A stretch of DNA of 59,162 nucleotides, counting the filler, from Platydemus manokwari (Eukaryota), in the NCBI GenBank assembly GCA_037951405.1. It is 6 parts of 6 records of this genome, joined end to end, with 100 filler letters (N's around TTAATTAATTAA, not from the genome) between each part and the next. Parts side by side here need not be neighbours in the genome. Positions count along the whole stretch, not along the records: positions 19,772 to 29,697 come from JBBMOY011188655.1; positions 29,798 to 40,905 come from JBBMOY010905531.1; 4 more parts are not named here. One strand, given 5' to 3'. The notes below the pieces were generated by a model. That model did not search any database and was not told the origin of the DNA. It worked only from the letters and a program-made list of their open reading frames with translations. The position numbers and the translations under genes are program-made. This document shows, one piece after another, positions 27,500 to 39,330 of the stretch. Each line of letters starts with the position of its first letter. The stretch's first letter is position 1.

Positions 27500-27900
27500 A
27501 CTTTAATTCTATTTACTGATAATTATGCTTTCAATATTTTTTTGACTTCCAGGAATGTTATATTTACTCTTCTCTCAGGATCCGGTAAATTAACTTTCTT
27601 TTTAAAAAATCGTTGTTGGATTTCTTTATTTGAGAAGCATCTTCTTGTCAAATCTCTAAAAATACCACAATAGTAACCCTTTATTTGTCCCAAAAATGTT
27701 CTCAGCATCTCTTGGAGAGCATTTTGTATAGCTATTGACCTGCAGTTATGTGAAATTTACTATCTCCTGGTACATTCAAAGCAAGTTCGGGATTCTCTGT
27801 TAGGTGATTCGTTTCGCCCGTAATTGAATTAAGGTTTAGTTGCATTTTTACAGTTCTTTGCATAATGACCGATTTCTAGATACGGGAAGCATGCAACTGA
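27500..27900 (-). mobile_element. LTR-retrotransposon gag relic (zinc knuckle)
   Basis: CFPYLEIGHYAKNCK at ~27848-27892 is a degenerate CX2CX4HX4C knuckle, BEL/Pao- or Gypsy-like; surrounding frames are broken. Confidence 0.35.
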
Positions 27901-29697
27901 TTGTTGCTTTTAGGTAAAATGTTAATCAAAGATCGTCAAGAATTTAGTCACGAAACTGAAGTTGGCCTTTCAACGTTGGCCATTTTGTTGTTATAAGTGC
28001 TTTAAGACCAAAAGCTTTTTCTGCTTATATTAATATATGAAATGCGAATACTGCAACAGTTTAGTGTTCTTGATAAAACATTATGTCAAATAATAATACT
28101 GTTAAAACATTGTACTTGTTTATTGTCTAAAATTCGTGTGCAATAATACTTTAGTCGATTTAAATTGCCTTACTCTGGGAATTATTCCCACGCTAATTTT
28201 ACATCACAGTTACTTTTCTAAATGATTTTGTTCCTTCTTTCGATTTCTATTTATGGTTATAAAGCCAGGTTCTATTTTTTGGTGGAATGCTATTTATTGT
28301 AATGTCATTTGTTGTTCCTGTTTTTTGTGTCATTTCTTCGCATATTATATTCTAAGTTTCTGGTAAATTAGATTTTTCAATCAATGATTTTACTTGTTTT
28401 ATTTTATTTGTGTCATTTTCGAATTTCAGATATAATTTTTAAGCATTTCAGACTCAATGAAAATTTTCAATTATCAAGAAGTTAAGCTCACTAATTGCAG
28501 GAAAATTCTGGATATTTGAACAGTGTTTCTGAAGCTTTTATTGACCTACTTCTACTTTATCTTATTTCTTGATAGTTTGACTAAATTTCCTACAGGTTCT
28601 TTATGTTGACGTTCAAAGAAATCCAAAGTTGCAATCTATATTTCACTATAACGTACCAAGCAGTACGTACCCAAAATGACTCTAAAAATTAATAAAAACT
28701 TCATAAATCAATATAAAACTTGGCTTCTAACATGCAGTTGGGCATCTTCACATCAGTATTTAAACTTGAGTTTTTGTGTAATTCTTTATTTCTCAATTTC
28801 TAATTGGACTTTGTCTACTCGGAATTTGTCACTCTCTATGTGTGAGTTATTGTGCAATTGTCTTTTTCGAATTAGAATTATTCATTTAAGTAAGCCGTGA
28901 TTAATTGGTTGCTATGCCGTGTGTAGTTATGTCGGCATGGAAATACTTAAAGTGCTAAAGTAACGATTTCAATGTGCAAAATCGTTTTTCTTTTGTGATA
29001 TTTCATCTATAATCAACATTGATATCCAGAGATATAGTTGATAAAATGAACGCTGTTATTGAAACTAATTGGTCGGTTAAACGGTAAACTAAATCAGATC
29101 GATTAAAGAAATTTATATCTAAAAAGGTCAAATAAAAAATTATTTTAAAAAATAATCTTCGATCTTTCATCTATAATTACAAATATATAATTGAGCAAGA
29201 TTATCACTTGGAATTGCTGCCGTTAATGTTGTAAAATTAAACAATTTTCTTGATCTTATTCGATATCTGAAATGGAATTTGAAAACATCAAAAGACTTCA
29301 TTTTCTTCCAAGAATTATTGGAGAATTGTTGTGTTATACACTCATTATTAATGCTCATGATTTTTAACCATACTTTTATTTATTATTTATAATGCATTGT
29401 GCTCAAAGGAATTTTCGAAAATATCATGTGTTGCCTTATATGACAGAATTAGCCATACATCCCCAGGCGTGAAAAATTTAATATTGTCAGAACGAAAATG
29501 TTTCCTATTAATAGCATGAAATTGCTAATGGAATTATGTATTTATATTTTACAATGTGCTTTTCTTTGTCATTTATTTATTCTAAAAAATAGTGGACAAA
29601 CCAAATTATAGGACGATTTTTAGAATTTTTGAAAATCTAGTTCTAAAAATGTTTGATGAATAAGTAATACATTAATCATTACTTTTTAATGTTAAAT

Positions 29698-29797
29698 NNN
29701 NNNNNNNNNNNNNNNNNNNNNNNNNNNNNNNNNNNNNNNNNTTAATTAATTAANNNNNNNNNNNNNNNNNNNNNNNNNNNNNNNNNNNNNNNNNNNN
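29698..29797. other. Artificial contig linker
   Basis: Same 100-nt structure. Confidence 0.98.
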
Positions 29798-29799
29798 CT

Positions 29800-30755
29800 A
29801 CTTCCAAAGCGTTGATACATGAAATTAAAGTACCATAGATTTCATAATCGATTTGTTTTTTTAAAGAAATCAGGTTAAATTCAATTTTAATCACATGATG
29901 CAGCCAGGCTATTTCATTTCAGTTTGATTGGTATTCCACATAAGTACGTGAACAAATCAAGCGTATCCAAATAACACTGAAAATATTACTAAAAATAGAA
30001 CAAAGGAAATCCCTTACAAATATCATGATATTGATACTTGTTCTTTGTTATTCATGTTTGATTGTTCAAATGGCTTTGATTTGTTTGTCATAATTGCCTA
30101 TGAATAGAAAACATGAGTATATCCTAATAATAAAAGAAAGTAAAGTTTTGTTGAATAAATAATCCTGCAAATCGATGATATATGAATGTTTCAATTGGAA
30201 TATTTGGAAGAGGAGACACCAACTAAGTATGTAATCTGAGTTACTAAATATGTCAAAGAAGAGTTTTAAATACGAAAGTATGTTATGGGGTAGGGTAGAA
30301 ATAAATTGAGAATATTTGAGAATAAATCAATACCAATATATAAAGTGCAGCTGAGAAAAAAATAAATAAACCTATTAAATATATATTTTTATAAATGACA
30401 GCGACGAAAAAAGACAATTTTAATTGAATCGAACCGTTAACGGCGATAAACCAAATAGATTTATATATGAATAAATATTGTCGACCCAAATGCATCTACA
30501 CAGAACATCCAAGTATTCCTGCAGAAGGTCTGGCATCCAATGAGAAATTTGAAGAATCAATTAAGAAAAAAATCAGAAAGAAACAAGCTATATAAATTCA
30601 TTACCAATAACTAGAAAACAAGAAATTTATAAATTCCTGTTGTCATAACAAGATATAACAAAATATTCAGACGATAAAATATAACAAAAAAAATTGTACC
30701 AGCAAAAATAATTAATGTTTGTTCTTTATGTGGCCAGCAATAACTCTTCAACCAT
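29800..30755 (-). pseudogene. Probable decayed intronless class A (rhodopsin-like) GPCR
   Basis: Successive hydrophobic segments across frames: TLIIFAGTIFFVIFYRLNILLYLVM (TM1-like N), YKFLVF*LLVMNLYSLF, IGCQTFCR. KSIWFIAV/TV-RF at ~30426-30463 resembles the S.W.....T.(D/E)RF end of TM3 in peptide-receptor/srw-like GPCRs. Multiple stops and frameshifts. Confidence 0.4.
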
Positions 30756-31133
30756 TTATATTATATTATATATTATTTATATTATGTTTATAAATTAAAT
30801 TTAGTTCAATACAAAAGTATTATTTGTGAAGATTATAATTAAATTTTAATAAAATAATAATAATAATAGCAATTTTATATTTATAGAATTTATTTTTATA
30901 TTTATATAATAATATTTATATTATGGCATTTTAAGAAAATAATTTTGCGTGATGACAGTATATTTAAATGCTTATTGAAAATTTGATATCGATTTAATTT
31001 ATTCTTCTTTAAAGGTGATAAATTTTCGTAAATTTCGACATACTTTTGATGTCATGCTTTAATCATATTTTTATCTTCAACATTCTTTAAAATTTATGAG
31101 CTTTTTAATTGCGATTTTTAATGAATGTCAGAT

Positions 31134-31482
31134 TTAAATTGGACTTAATCTTGAATCAGCACATGCAGTCATGAAAGCACTTTGAGCATCAGAAAAACCA
31201 GCACCTAATGTGAAAGTTTCTGAAAAAATCGAATTATTTTATGAAATGAAATTTAAATCGATAAAAAATGTCCTGACTTTGTCTGAATAAAAATTCTATA
31301 ATTAATAAATTAAAATATTTCAAATAAATAAATATCAAATAACCTGCTACAAAGCCAAACCCAGTACAACATGTTACATGTCCAGCATTGCAAGCACTAA
31401 TGCATGATACAGAAGCGATGAGACCAATGATTCCACAATTGGTTTGGCTTATTAAGCCAATCAGAAGAAATATTATCGACAT
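31134..31482 (-). CDS. Small secreted hydrophobic Cys-rich protein, paralog A (74 aa, possibly eroding)
   Basis: Exon 1 31482-31344, phase-1 intron (G|gttatt..ttttcag|), exon 2 31219-31134. Product MSIIFLLIGLISQTNCGIIGLIASVSCISACNAGHVTCCTGFGFVAETFTLGAGFSDAQSAFMTACADSRLSPI*. Same intron position as paralog B. Confidence 0.75.
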
Positions 31483-31929
31483 AAACAAAAACCTGATACT
31501 GCATATAAATGAATTGTGATTCAATCATAATCAAATCAGTTCACCAAAAGTCAGAAAAGTATAAAGTTTTGATTTGAAACACATACATAAAATTACCAAG
31601 TTATTTTTCTGACTACATTATTAATAACCAAAAATAAAATCGATATTATAATTTGTTATTTATTCAATTTTTTTGTTTATTTATATTTTTTTGAAAACAT
31701 TGATAAATATGAACCCATAACAAGCAAAGTTCCATCAATTATTATCGAATTTATATATGGCGGAGTTTTAATAAAATAGTCTGGACTTGTGTGACTGCTG
31801 AGTAAAATCAATACTAATACTTAAACAAAAAATAAAAGAATATTAATTAAAAAATTAAATAACATTCATAAAATTTCTCATATAATCTTTCACAATTTGA
31901 TACATCATTTAAATAATATAAATTATTAT

Positions 31930-32000
31930 TAATAATAATAATAATAATAATAGTAACAATAATAATAATATAAATAATAAAAATAATAATAATAATAATA
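31930..32000. repeat. Imperfect (AAT)n microsatellite
   Basis: Interrupted AAT run. Confidence 0.85.
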
Positions 32001-33229
32001 GAATTATTTCTATAAATAAATATTTAAATAAAAGAATAGTTATAATTAATAATAACAAATATTTATTTAAAGATTGACGTTTGTTTAAATGAAATAAAAT
32101 ATCAAATTAGTAACTAAGGTGTATGTGAAATTGCATTAAGTATATGTTATTGAATCGATAACGAATATTGCCTTCAAGATAAGATATTCCCCATCAAATG
32201 TTTTGTTTAAAATTTCCATTTATTGTGAATATTTCTAATCCAATTCCTCTTAATTTTAATTGATATTCCGAACTATATAAATATTTTCCAAATGTCTAGA
32301 GAAACGAGACGAGGATATTTATCTAGCGAAAAGAATCTTGAACCGTAAATCTGTTTTATCAACAAGATAACAAGTCCGAATTACGAATTTTTCACTAGAG
32401 GTTATTAGCATAATCAACAACGAACCTCGTTGTACAGGTCCAAATCAATTTTATTATAAAATCATTACTAGAATATTGTATAAATATAGAAAATAAGTTT
32501 ATTTCGATAGTGAGTTAGCATCAGAAACACAAGTAGATTCTAGATTGAACCCAGTTCAACTAGAAGTACTTGTATCTAAAAACAAAACTTAACACAAATC
32601 TGTTCCAAGGGGTTAAGGTACCAAGTAGGCCCTAAACTCCAATAATATCTAAACCAAGGGCTCTTACAGGGTTACCCATAAGAGACCAAGCAAAATCTTA
32701 AACACTCTATATGCATAAAGTCAGTAAAATCAAGTAATTAATCATAAACTCTCCACTCTTGTGCCTGGTCATTTGTTAAATAACATCATTATTGTATCTC
32801 ATCAATATTCTTATAAATTAATTTGCTTATATTGTAACTATTATTTCATATCACAATATATTTATAAACGAATTGGGTTGTTTTTCTATGTTAAATAATT
32901 CGTGTTATAATTATTATACACTGCAACTTTGGAGTCATATATTTTGCGAAATATTCAATAAATAAATTCAGTAAATAAAAGTAGAACACGTGCGCACATG
33001 TTGGGAGAGAATTAGCAATAATAATCTTTAATACATTATAACCTCAACACTATCTACAGACCAGATTAAAGTGCAGTTTTGCCAATGTCATTTCATGTAT
33101 TACATACGTTCATTTAAATATCACCTCTTTATGACCAATTTAAATTTCTGTAGTACGATTTTTACTAGAATTACAAATATTTCTTTTATCAACATATTTT
33201 AACCAGTTCATATTTGAGCCGGTTTTTTA

Positions 33230-33630
33230 ATTTTGAAACATTGTTTCCCTTGTTTTTCACCATTGGTCTTGTTAATGCTTTTTAAAAGTTGTTGACACGG
33301 GATAATTTTAAATTGATAAATGTAACTTTTCTTTCGAATTCTACTAAATGGCCTTATGCTCTGTTGCCACTATCCTGCGTCACCATCCATTTTCCATTTG
33401 CTGTAAAGTACATCGTGACTATATGTGTCTCGAGTTCAAAAAATAAGTTCGTGTATGTTTGACATTTTCTGAGCGAATAGTAGACAAAAACAATGGCATA
33501 CATAAACATTTGATCAGTTTTACTCCATTTCTGTTGAATAGTGATTCGTAGGTTATACTTGTTTGCATATTTTTGCCTGCACTATCTAATGGTTCAACAG
33601 GTCCTTTACCCTTATTTATTGGTGTCACTT
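33230..33630 (-). mobile_element. Possible DNA-transposon (Sola-like) relic
   Basis: SITYESLF..KCLCMPLFLSTI resembles the Y.L....VC..MFL.TL motif recalled from Sola-type transposases; no further support. Confidence 0.2.
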
Positions 33631-34080
33631 TTCAAAGGTGCACAATCCATTAAATATTCTCTATGATCTTGGACAGAATATTTTTAGTGGTTCTAGAATA
33701 TCTAGATGATACTCAATTTCCAATTTTGAAATGATGTAGTTTCGCCTTTTTTTCACAAACTTCCTCATAGCGCTGTTGATTACATTTTATTTACAATACT
33801 GATTTTTACAATCGGTTTCCATTCATTCAATGAATTCAGTTTCGAAAATTATTTTCAACAATATATTGTCATGAAGCTTGGGCATATATTTTGAATGTAA
33901 TAGTATGTTATTGCCTCTGCAATACATTGGATAATTATGTAATAAATTATAACATAATAAATATTATCAAATTAATTTTTAATTAATTTTAAAATTTAAA
34001 TGAAAATATTTAACATTGCTAAACGTTTTATATATGATATATTTTTTACCGAATATTTTAAGATTATTTTCCGTTTGAGT

Positions 34081-34087
34081 TATAAAA
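34081..34087 (+). promoter_or_regulatory. Candidate TATA box of Cys-rich paralog B
   Basis: TATAAAA 95 nt upstream of the ATG at 34176; the AT-rich context limits specificity. Confidence 0.4.
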
Positions 34088-34175
34088 TTTCAATTGAATC
34101 AATTCAATTAGATGAATTATCAGGTTTTGTTTAAATTATACTTTTAATTAAAATTTTTGCAAATCTATTTTTGAA

Positions 34176-34593
34176 ATGTTTAAAACTGTGTTGACAATAT
34201 TTTTACTGATTGGTTTAATAAACCAAATCGATTGTGGATTCATCGGTTTTATTGGTTATTGCCCTTGTGTTGCTGCTTGCCATGCAACATTTGTAACATG
34301 TTGTGCTGCACTGGGTTTCGTCGCAGGTTAATTTATATTGACTTTTTAAATTTTATTGTCAATTCGATGAATGGATTCAATCGATATTTTTATTTGATTA
34401 ATATATATTTAATTTATTGATTATGAAATATTGGAGACCTTTAATCAATTCCAATCTAACTATACAAAGTAATTTGATTTTTTCAGGAACATTTACATTG
34501 GGTGCCGGAATGCCTCCAGCACTTTTTGCTTGTTCCGCTGCTCAAGGAGTGTGCATAGCTGCATGTGCTGCTGCAATTGTCAGCCCGATATAA
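34176..34593 (+). CDS. Small secreted hydrophobic Cys-rich protein, paralog B (85 aa, intact)
   Basis: Exon 1 34176-34326, intron 34327-34486 (G|gttaat..tttcag|), exon 2 34487-34593. Product MFKTVLTIFLLIGLINQIDCGFIGFIGYCPCVAACHATFVTCCAALGFVAGTFTLGAGMPPALFACSAAQGVCIAACAAAIVSPI*. Signal peptide, 8 Cys in the predicted mature part, AATAAA at ~34682. The ORF-track call 34232-34420 is in the wrong frame. Confidence 0.88.
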
Positions 34594-35217
34594 ATGATTT
34601 GATTTGGATTATCAGTCACAAATAGATATATAGATTCATTATCAGCATTAGATTTATATTTTTCATTTACTTTGTTTGATAAATAAATATTTTTTAGTTT
34701 AAATCTTTCTTAATTGTAAACAATGTTGTCAGAGGATCTTAAATAATTTAATGAGTTACAACATTTGATTATATTATATTTGATTTGTCGTTGTTGATTT
34801 CATTGAATTAGTAATTGAACCATTTGAGTAGTAGCATTTGAAATAAAAGGTCTCATTTGATCAATATTAATTGCGATAATTAAAATTGCTTATTTTAATT
34901 ATTAGCAACCGTGACGAGAATATGAATGTCTCAGAGATGATAAAGAAAAATTTATTCAATATTTTATCACAAGCTATTTGTGATTGAAATCTTTTGGAAA
35001 TCAATAATCTTTTGACATGTAATGAGCATCTTTTAAAATAAATCACCTGATATTGTGAAGTCCAATTCCTTTATTAACATCTTTAACATTTGAATCGTTC
35101 TTTTACTTGTCAAAGCTAATTAAAATTGGTTTCTGTGAGAAAATATTAAATTTTAAAATATAACTTTTCTCAAATCCTACTGAATGAACTTCTGTTTATA
35201 ACATATCTTTCATAATA

Positions 35218-35218
<1 letters not shown>

Positions 35219-35290
<72 letters not shown>
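35219..35290. repeat. (ATT)n microsatellite
   Basis: About 24 units with one interruption; explains the poly-Ile ORF 35170-35403. Confidence 0.95.
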
Positions 35291-35543
35291 GTCAAGATTA
35301 GAATCATTTTATTTATTTTTATGTATTGAAACATTAATTTTATCGACAAAAGACTGAATTTCACTTTGTTATTTGCGATGATCCATATTTTGAATTTGTA
35401 CATTGTAATATAAAATATCTAAATTGCCTTGATGTTCTTAAATTATTCCTGAAGTTTTATTGATTATTTGATTGATTTTCTTATATATGAATCTCCATAT
35501 AAAATCAATTCGGTTACATTAGGTCATATAACCACTTGAATAC

Positions 35544-36046
35544 TGTAAGTAGCTACAGTTTTATAAAACACGTATCGAATACGAACTGAAAAGGAACGGT
35601 ATCAAATTAACTATTTATAAACAATCATATAAACAAATTAATATATGTTGGAAAATTTAATGCAATTTAAAATTCTCACGTCCCGCTGTCTTTAAAATCT
35701 TTGATTATCTTTGTATTTTTATTTGACATTGTATCGAATATTCTACATAAATATCTACATAAAAAATCTCTCATTCTTCTATTTTTTTATAACTTCTTTA
35801 CATCTTCTTTATATCTTCTTTGTATATGTTTTATACAGTCTCAACATATTCCTCTTTTTCCCATAATTTTCAGTCATTGATCATGCGTGGTCACCATGTA
35901 AGCCGCTACTATTTTATAAAACACACATTGAGAACGAACTGAAAAGGCACGACACCAAATTATGTATTTGTATACAAATCGATACAAAGTCAAATTTTAT
36001 ACGAAATTAAATGTTTAAAAATGTATTTCAATTTCAAATTCTCACA
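35544..36046 (+). repeat. Interspersed repeat (two internal copies of a ~130-nt core); inverted partner at 38081-38613
   Basis: The core GCTAC..TTTATAAAACAC..GAACTGAAAAGG..AAATTCTCAC occurs at ~35550-35680 and ~35905-36046. The pyrimidine-rich spacer aligns with the reverse complement of 38280-38450. Confidence 0.75.
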
Positions 36047-37173
36047 GGTACGAAGATCAATTATTAGTAATCTCGAATTACGATTGGAAATTCAGTCATT
36101 TTTATTTTTAAACTGATATTTGTGATAAATTTAATGTTCTGAATTGTTTTGATTTGTAAAACAAACTTATATTTGATTTGAGAAACACCATTCATTCGTA
36201 CTGACGAAACAAATGATTTCGAATTTAATTCTCAATCCAATAAACTAAAAAATTTTCTCGCTTTTTTCACGTTTCGTGTAACAGTTTATTTAATTAAATG
36301 AAAAACAAGAAATCTGAATTGATTCTCATTTTTCTAATTACGATTTCATATGATCGACACTGATCGTACATTATGTGGAAATTTTGAAACCGAGGTGGTT
36401 TCTCTTTTGAAAATATAATTATTCGATTACATATTGGTATATTCAATTATCATGGTATATGGGCTTTGTCATTAATCAATGCACCGCATTAAATTTCAGA
36501 AAAATCACATTTGATGATTATTTAAAGTTCTTTTATATTGAGTATTATTAATATCATCACGTATATGTTGATATGGTGCCAAATTGTCATCAAGAATGAT
36601 AACAAATTTTGAGTAAAGCGACCCTGAGTTTAAATTCGTAAATGAGAGAATTAAAGAAAGGTGGATTCGATATGCATGGAACATGTCTGACGATGAACTC
36701 CTTGCTAAGATTGTTAATACTAGCATTATAATTTAGTGATATGTATTATTTTGTTCTTTATCGGTTCTATCATTTTTTTTTATTTTCTTATATCTCAAAT
36801 TAGGAAATACATCATGGATTTATTTTTCTAAAATGTATTTATATTTCCCTTTAACCACACAAGTTCTTTCCATAGTTTTAATATCTTTCTAATTTCTTTA
36901 TCTATTTAAAGTATTATTTTATTGTATTTTGTGATTTGATGGTGGAAGTCATAGATCTGCCGGAAATGATGTTCGTTGTTTATTTATTGATTTTTTCTTC
37001 CAATCCCATGATCATTGACATTTTGCCATTTTTTTGATATTTATCGTTTTGTTTATTGTTTCTGATTATTTATTTTTTTCATCTATGTTGGCAATAACAA
37101 GATAAAATGAAAATAATTTACCTCACTAATTATGATAATCAATATTCTATTAAACAACTCTGTTTTAATAAAG

Positions 37174-37618
37174 ATATATGATGACTGGATCATACAACAA
37201 TTTCTTCCGTATTTTCGATCGAGATACCAACAAAGATGTTACGCTAGAAGTTAATCGGGATTTAATAATGTCAGACAAACCCTTAGTGCCACGAATTATT
37301 TCCGCCGAAGGTGGTCATCAAAGACGCCGTGATGAAATCAGTGTTGACTGTATGGATTTTCAAAGACGCTTGTTGCATTTGGCTTGGCATCCTCAACAGA
37401 ACATTCTTGCAATAGCAGCTACCAATAATTTATTCGTTCTCGAAAGTCGTAACCTCAAGATTACCCACAATCAGTCATGTGCAAATACAATCGACCACAA
37501 TGCAACGAGTTCCGGTGCGTCAGAATCCATCAATTCAATGACGACTTGTTCCACCTCGGGCTATTCCAGCTCATTAATTGTGCCATCAAGTTCAGATGAT
37601 CGAATGGAGCTTGACTAA
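37174..37618 (+). CDS. PPP2R2: Protein phosphatase 2A regulatory subunit B55 (PR55), last coding exon
   Basis: After acceptor aag| at 37173 the exon reads YMMTGSYNNFFRIFDRDTNKDVTLE...RRRDEISVDCMDFQRRLLHLAWHPQQNILAIAATNNLFV, the highly conserved B55 C-terminus. Stop at 37618; AATAAA at ~37816. Confidence 0.95.
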
Positions 37619-38080
37619 TTTTAGTATCAAATATGATTATTTGACTGTTATTGTTTGTAGAATTTTAATGTTTTGTGGTTGACTTAATTTTTTAGCAATA
37701 TTTGGCATTGTACACAAACACAAAGAAGGAATTATTGATTACATTATTTTGATTTTTCCACGAGTATATACGTTTTGATCGTGTTGATTATATACCGATT
37801 AACACTATATATTTCAATAAATCAATTGTTATGAATTATTTTTCAATGAATGAGACAATCAATATTGATTTCTGTTCTTTTTTAGAAATTTTTATGGTTG
37901 ATAAATTTGATTTATAGAAATTGTACTTCTTGTCAGTTAAAAATAATTAATAAATAGCCACAAGATTTAAAAATATATACATAATAACAGCAGTTATCTA
38001 TTTCCGGAGTTAATAATATATTATTATAAATATATTAAAAATCAAACATCGATATTATGTTAGTGCAGAATTTGTATTCT

Positions 38081-38613
38081 CGTGGGAATTTTTAAATGAA
38101 TTAATTTTATAAAAATTTAATCCAGATTTTATATAAAACTATATTATTTGTTTGAATATATAATTTGGTGTCGTGACTTTTCAGTTTGTTTTCAATGCAT
38201 GTTTTATAAAATAGTAACAAGTTAGATGACAACCGTACATCTGGATTCGATTATGAGAAGATCATTGATTGAAAATGTTGCAAGAGAAGACGGAATTATA
38301 TTGAAAATATATAAAGAAGATGCAGAGAATGTTTAAAGGAAATGTAAAAAAGATAGAAGAATTAGAGTAACTTATGTAGATAAATATATAGAGTATTCGA
38401 TACAAAATCAATTAAGAGGAATAAGATAATCTAATATTTTAAAGAAAGGGTAATTTGATAAATTTTAAACGAATTAAATTTTTAAAGATTCAACCAGATT
38501 TTATTTAAAATAATATTAGTTTGTTTATATTATTGTATTTAAATATATAATTTGATATCGTGACTTTTCATTTCGTTTTCAATACGTGCTTTATAAACTA
38601 GTCTCAGGTTACA
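38081..38613 (-). repeat. Inverted copy of the 35544-36046 repeat
   Basis: TGGTGTCGTGACTTTTCAGTTTGTTTTCAATGCATGTTTTATAAAATAGTAAC and a second internal core at ~38550-38613 are reverse complements of the 35.5-36.0 kb cores. Confidence 0.75.
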
Positions 38614-38619
38614 TCATAC

Positions 38620-39330
38620 ATAGCGTCATTTTTATGCAAATTCAGTCGAACATATTCCACATTTATTCCAGTGCAGAATTATTTGCTTTCTCATGATTTC
38701 AATTTAATTAATCCTGCTAATTTAATATTAATTATGAAATCTATTTCAAGGCTGTTTCATTGTGGATGATATTTACTTTCCCAACATTTATCATTTGCTT
38801 TTGGCCACTAATCGCTCTATGATTACAAAAAACTTGGCTCGACACTAATAATTAATGCAGTACATTTACAATTAAAAACGTTTCCAACTGTGATATCTGG
38901 TCTCAGTGGATATTGACACACCTACGATAGCTAGTTGACTTCAAAAAATTTAAAAATGATTTGCACTTTAATCTGGATAAAACTATATTGATTATAGTTG
39001 GTACAAATAAACTGGTTGTAATAATAAATCACATTTTAATGACATTACAGATATTTGCCAAAATTAATTAGTGACAGAGCATATGAATGGATTTATATGA
39101 TCGAGTAGATTTTATAAATTCAAGGATTTATTCTCTCGCATCTATTTAGTGGCTCAAGAAAAATCATTATGATGGACAATTTTGTCAGAACCATCTTTAG
39201 ATAGCTAATTTTGAAAATGAAAGAGGCCACAGTTGACAATTTTTTGCCTGATTTAGAAAGCTTAGTCATAGATCACTTGTTGTTTCAACACGATATTTCT
39301 GCATGATATATGGTAATGGTGCATGTATTG
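38620..39330 (+). mobile_element. Possible hAT transposase relic
   Basis: SNCDIWSQ at ~38883-38906 (first catalytic D motif), VTE-M at ~39071 and TCCFNT at ~39275 occur in the order of the hAT D.W / VTD..N / C..H motifs. Frames are broken. Confidence 0.33.

Noticed and set aside
36505-36726. 73-aa minus-strand ORF upstream of the B55 exon
   Set aside because: No motif and no supporting splice structure.
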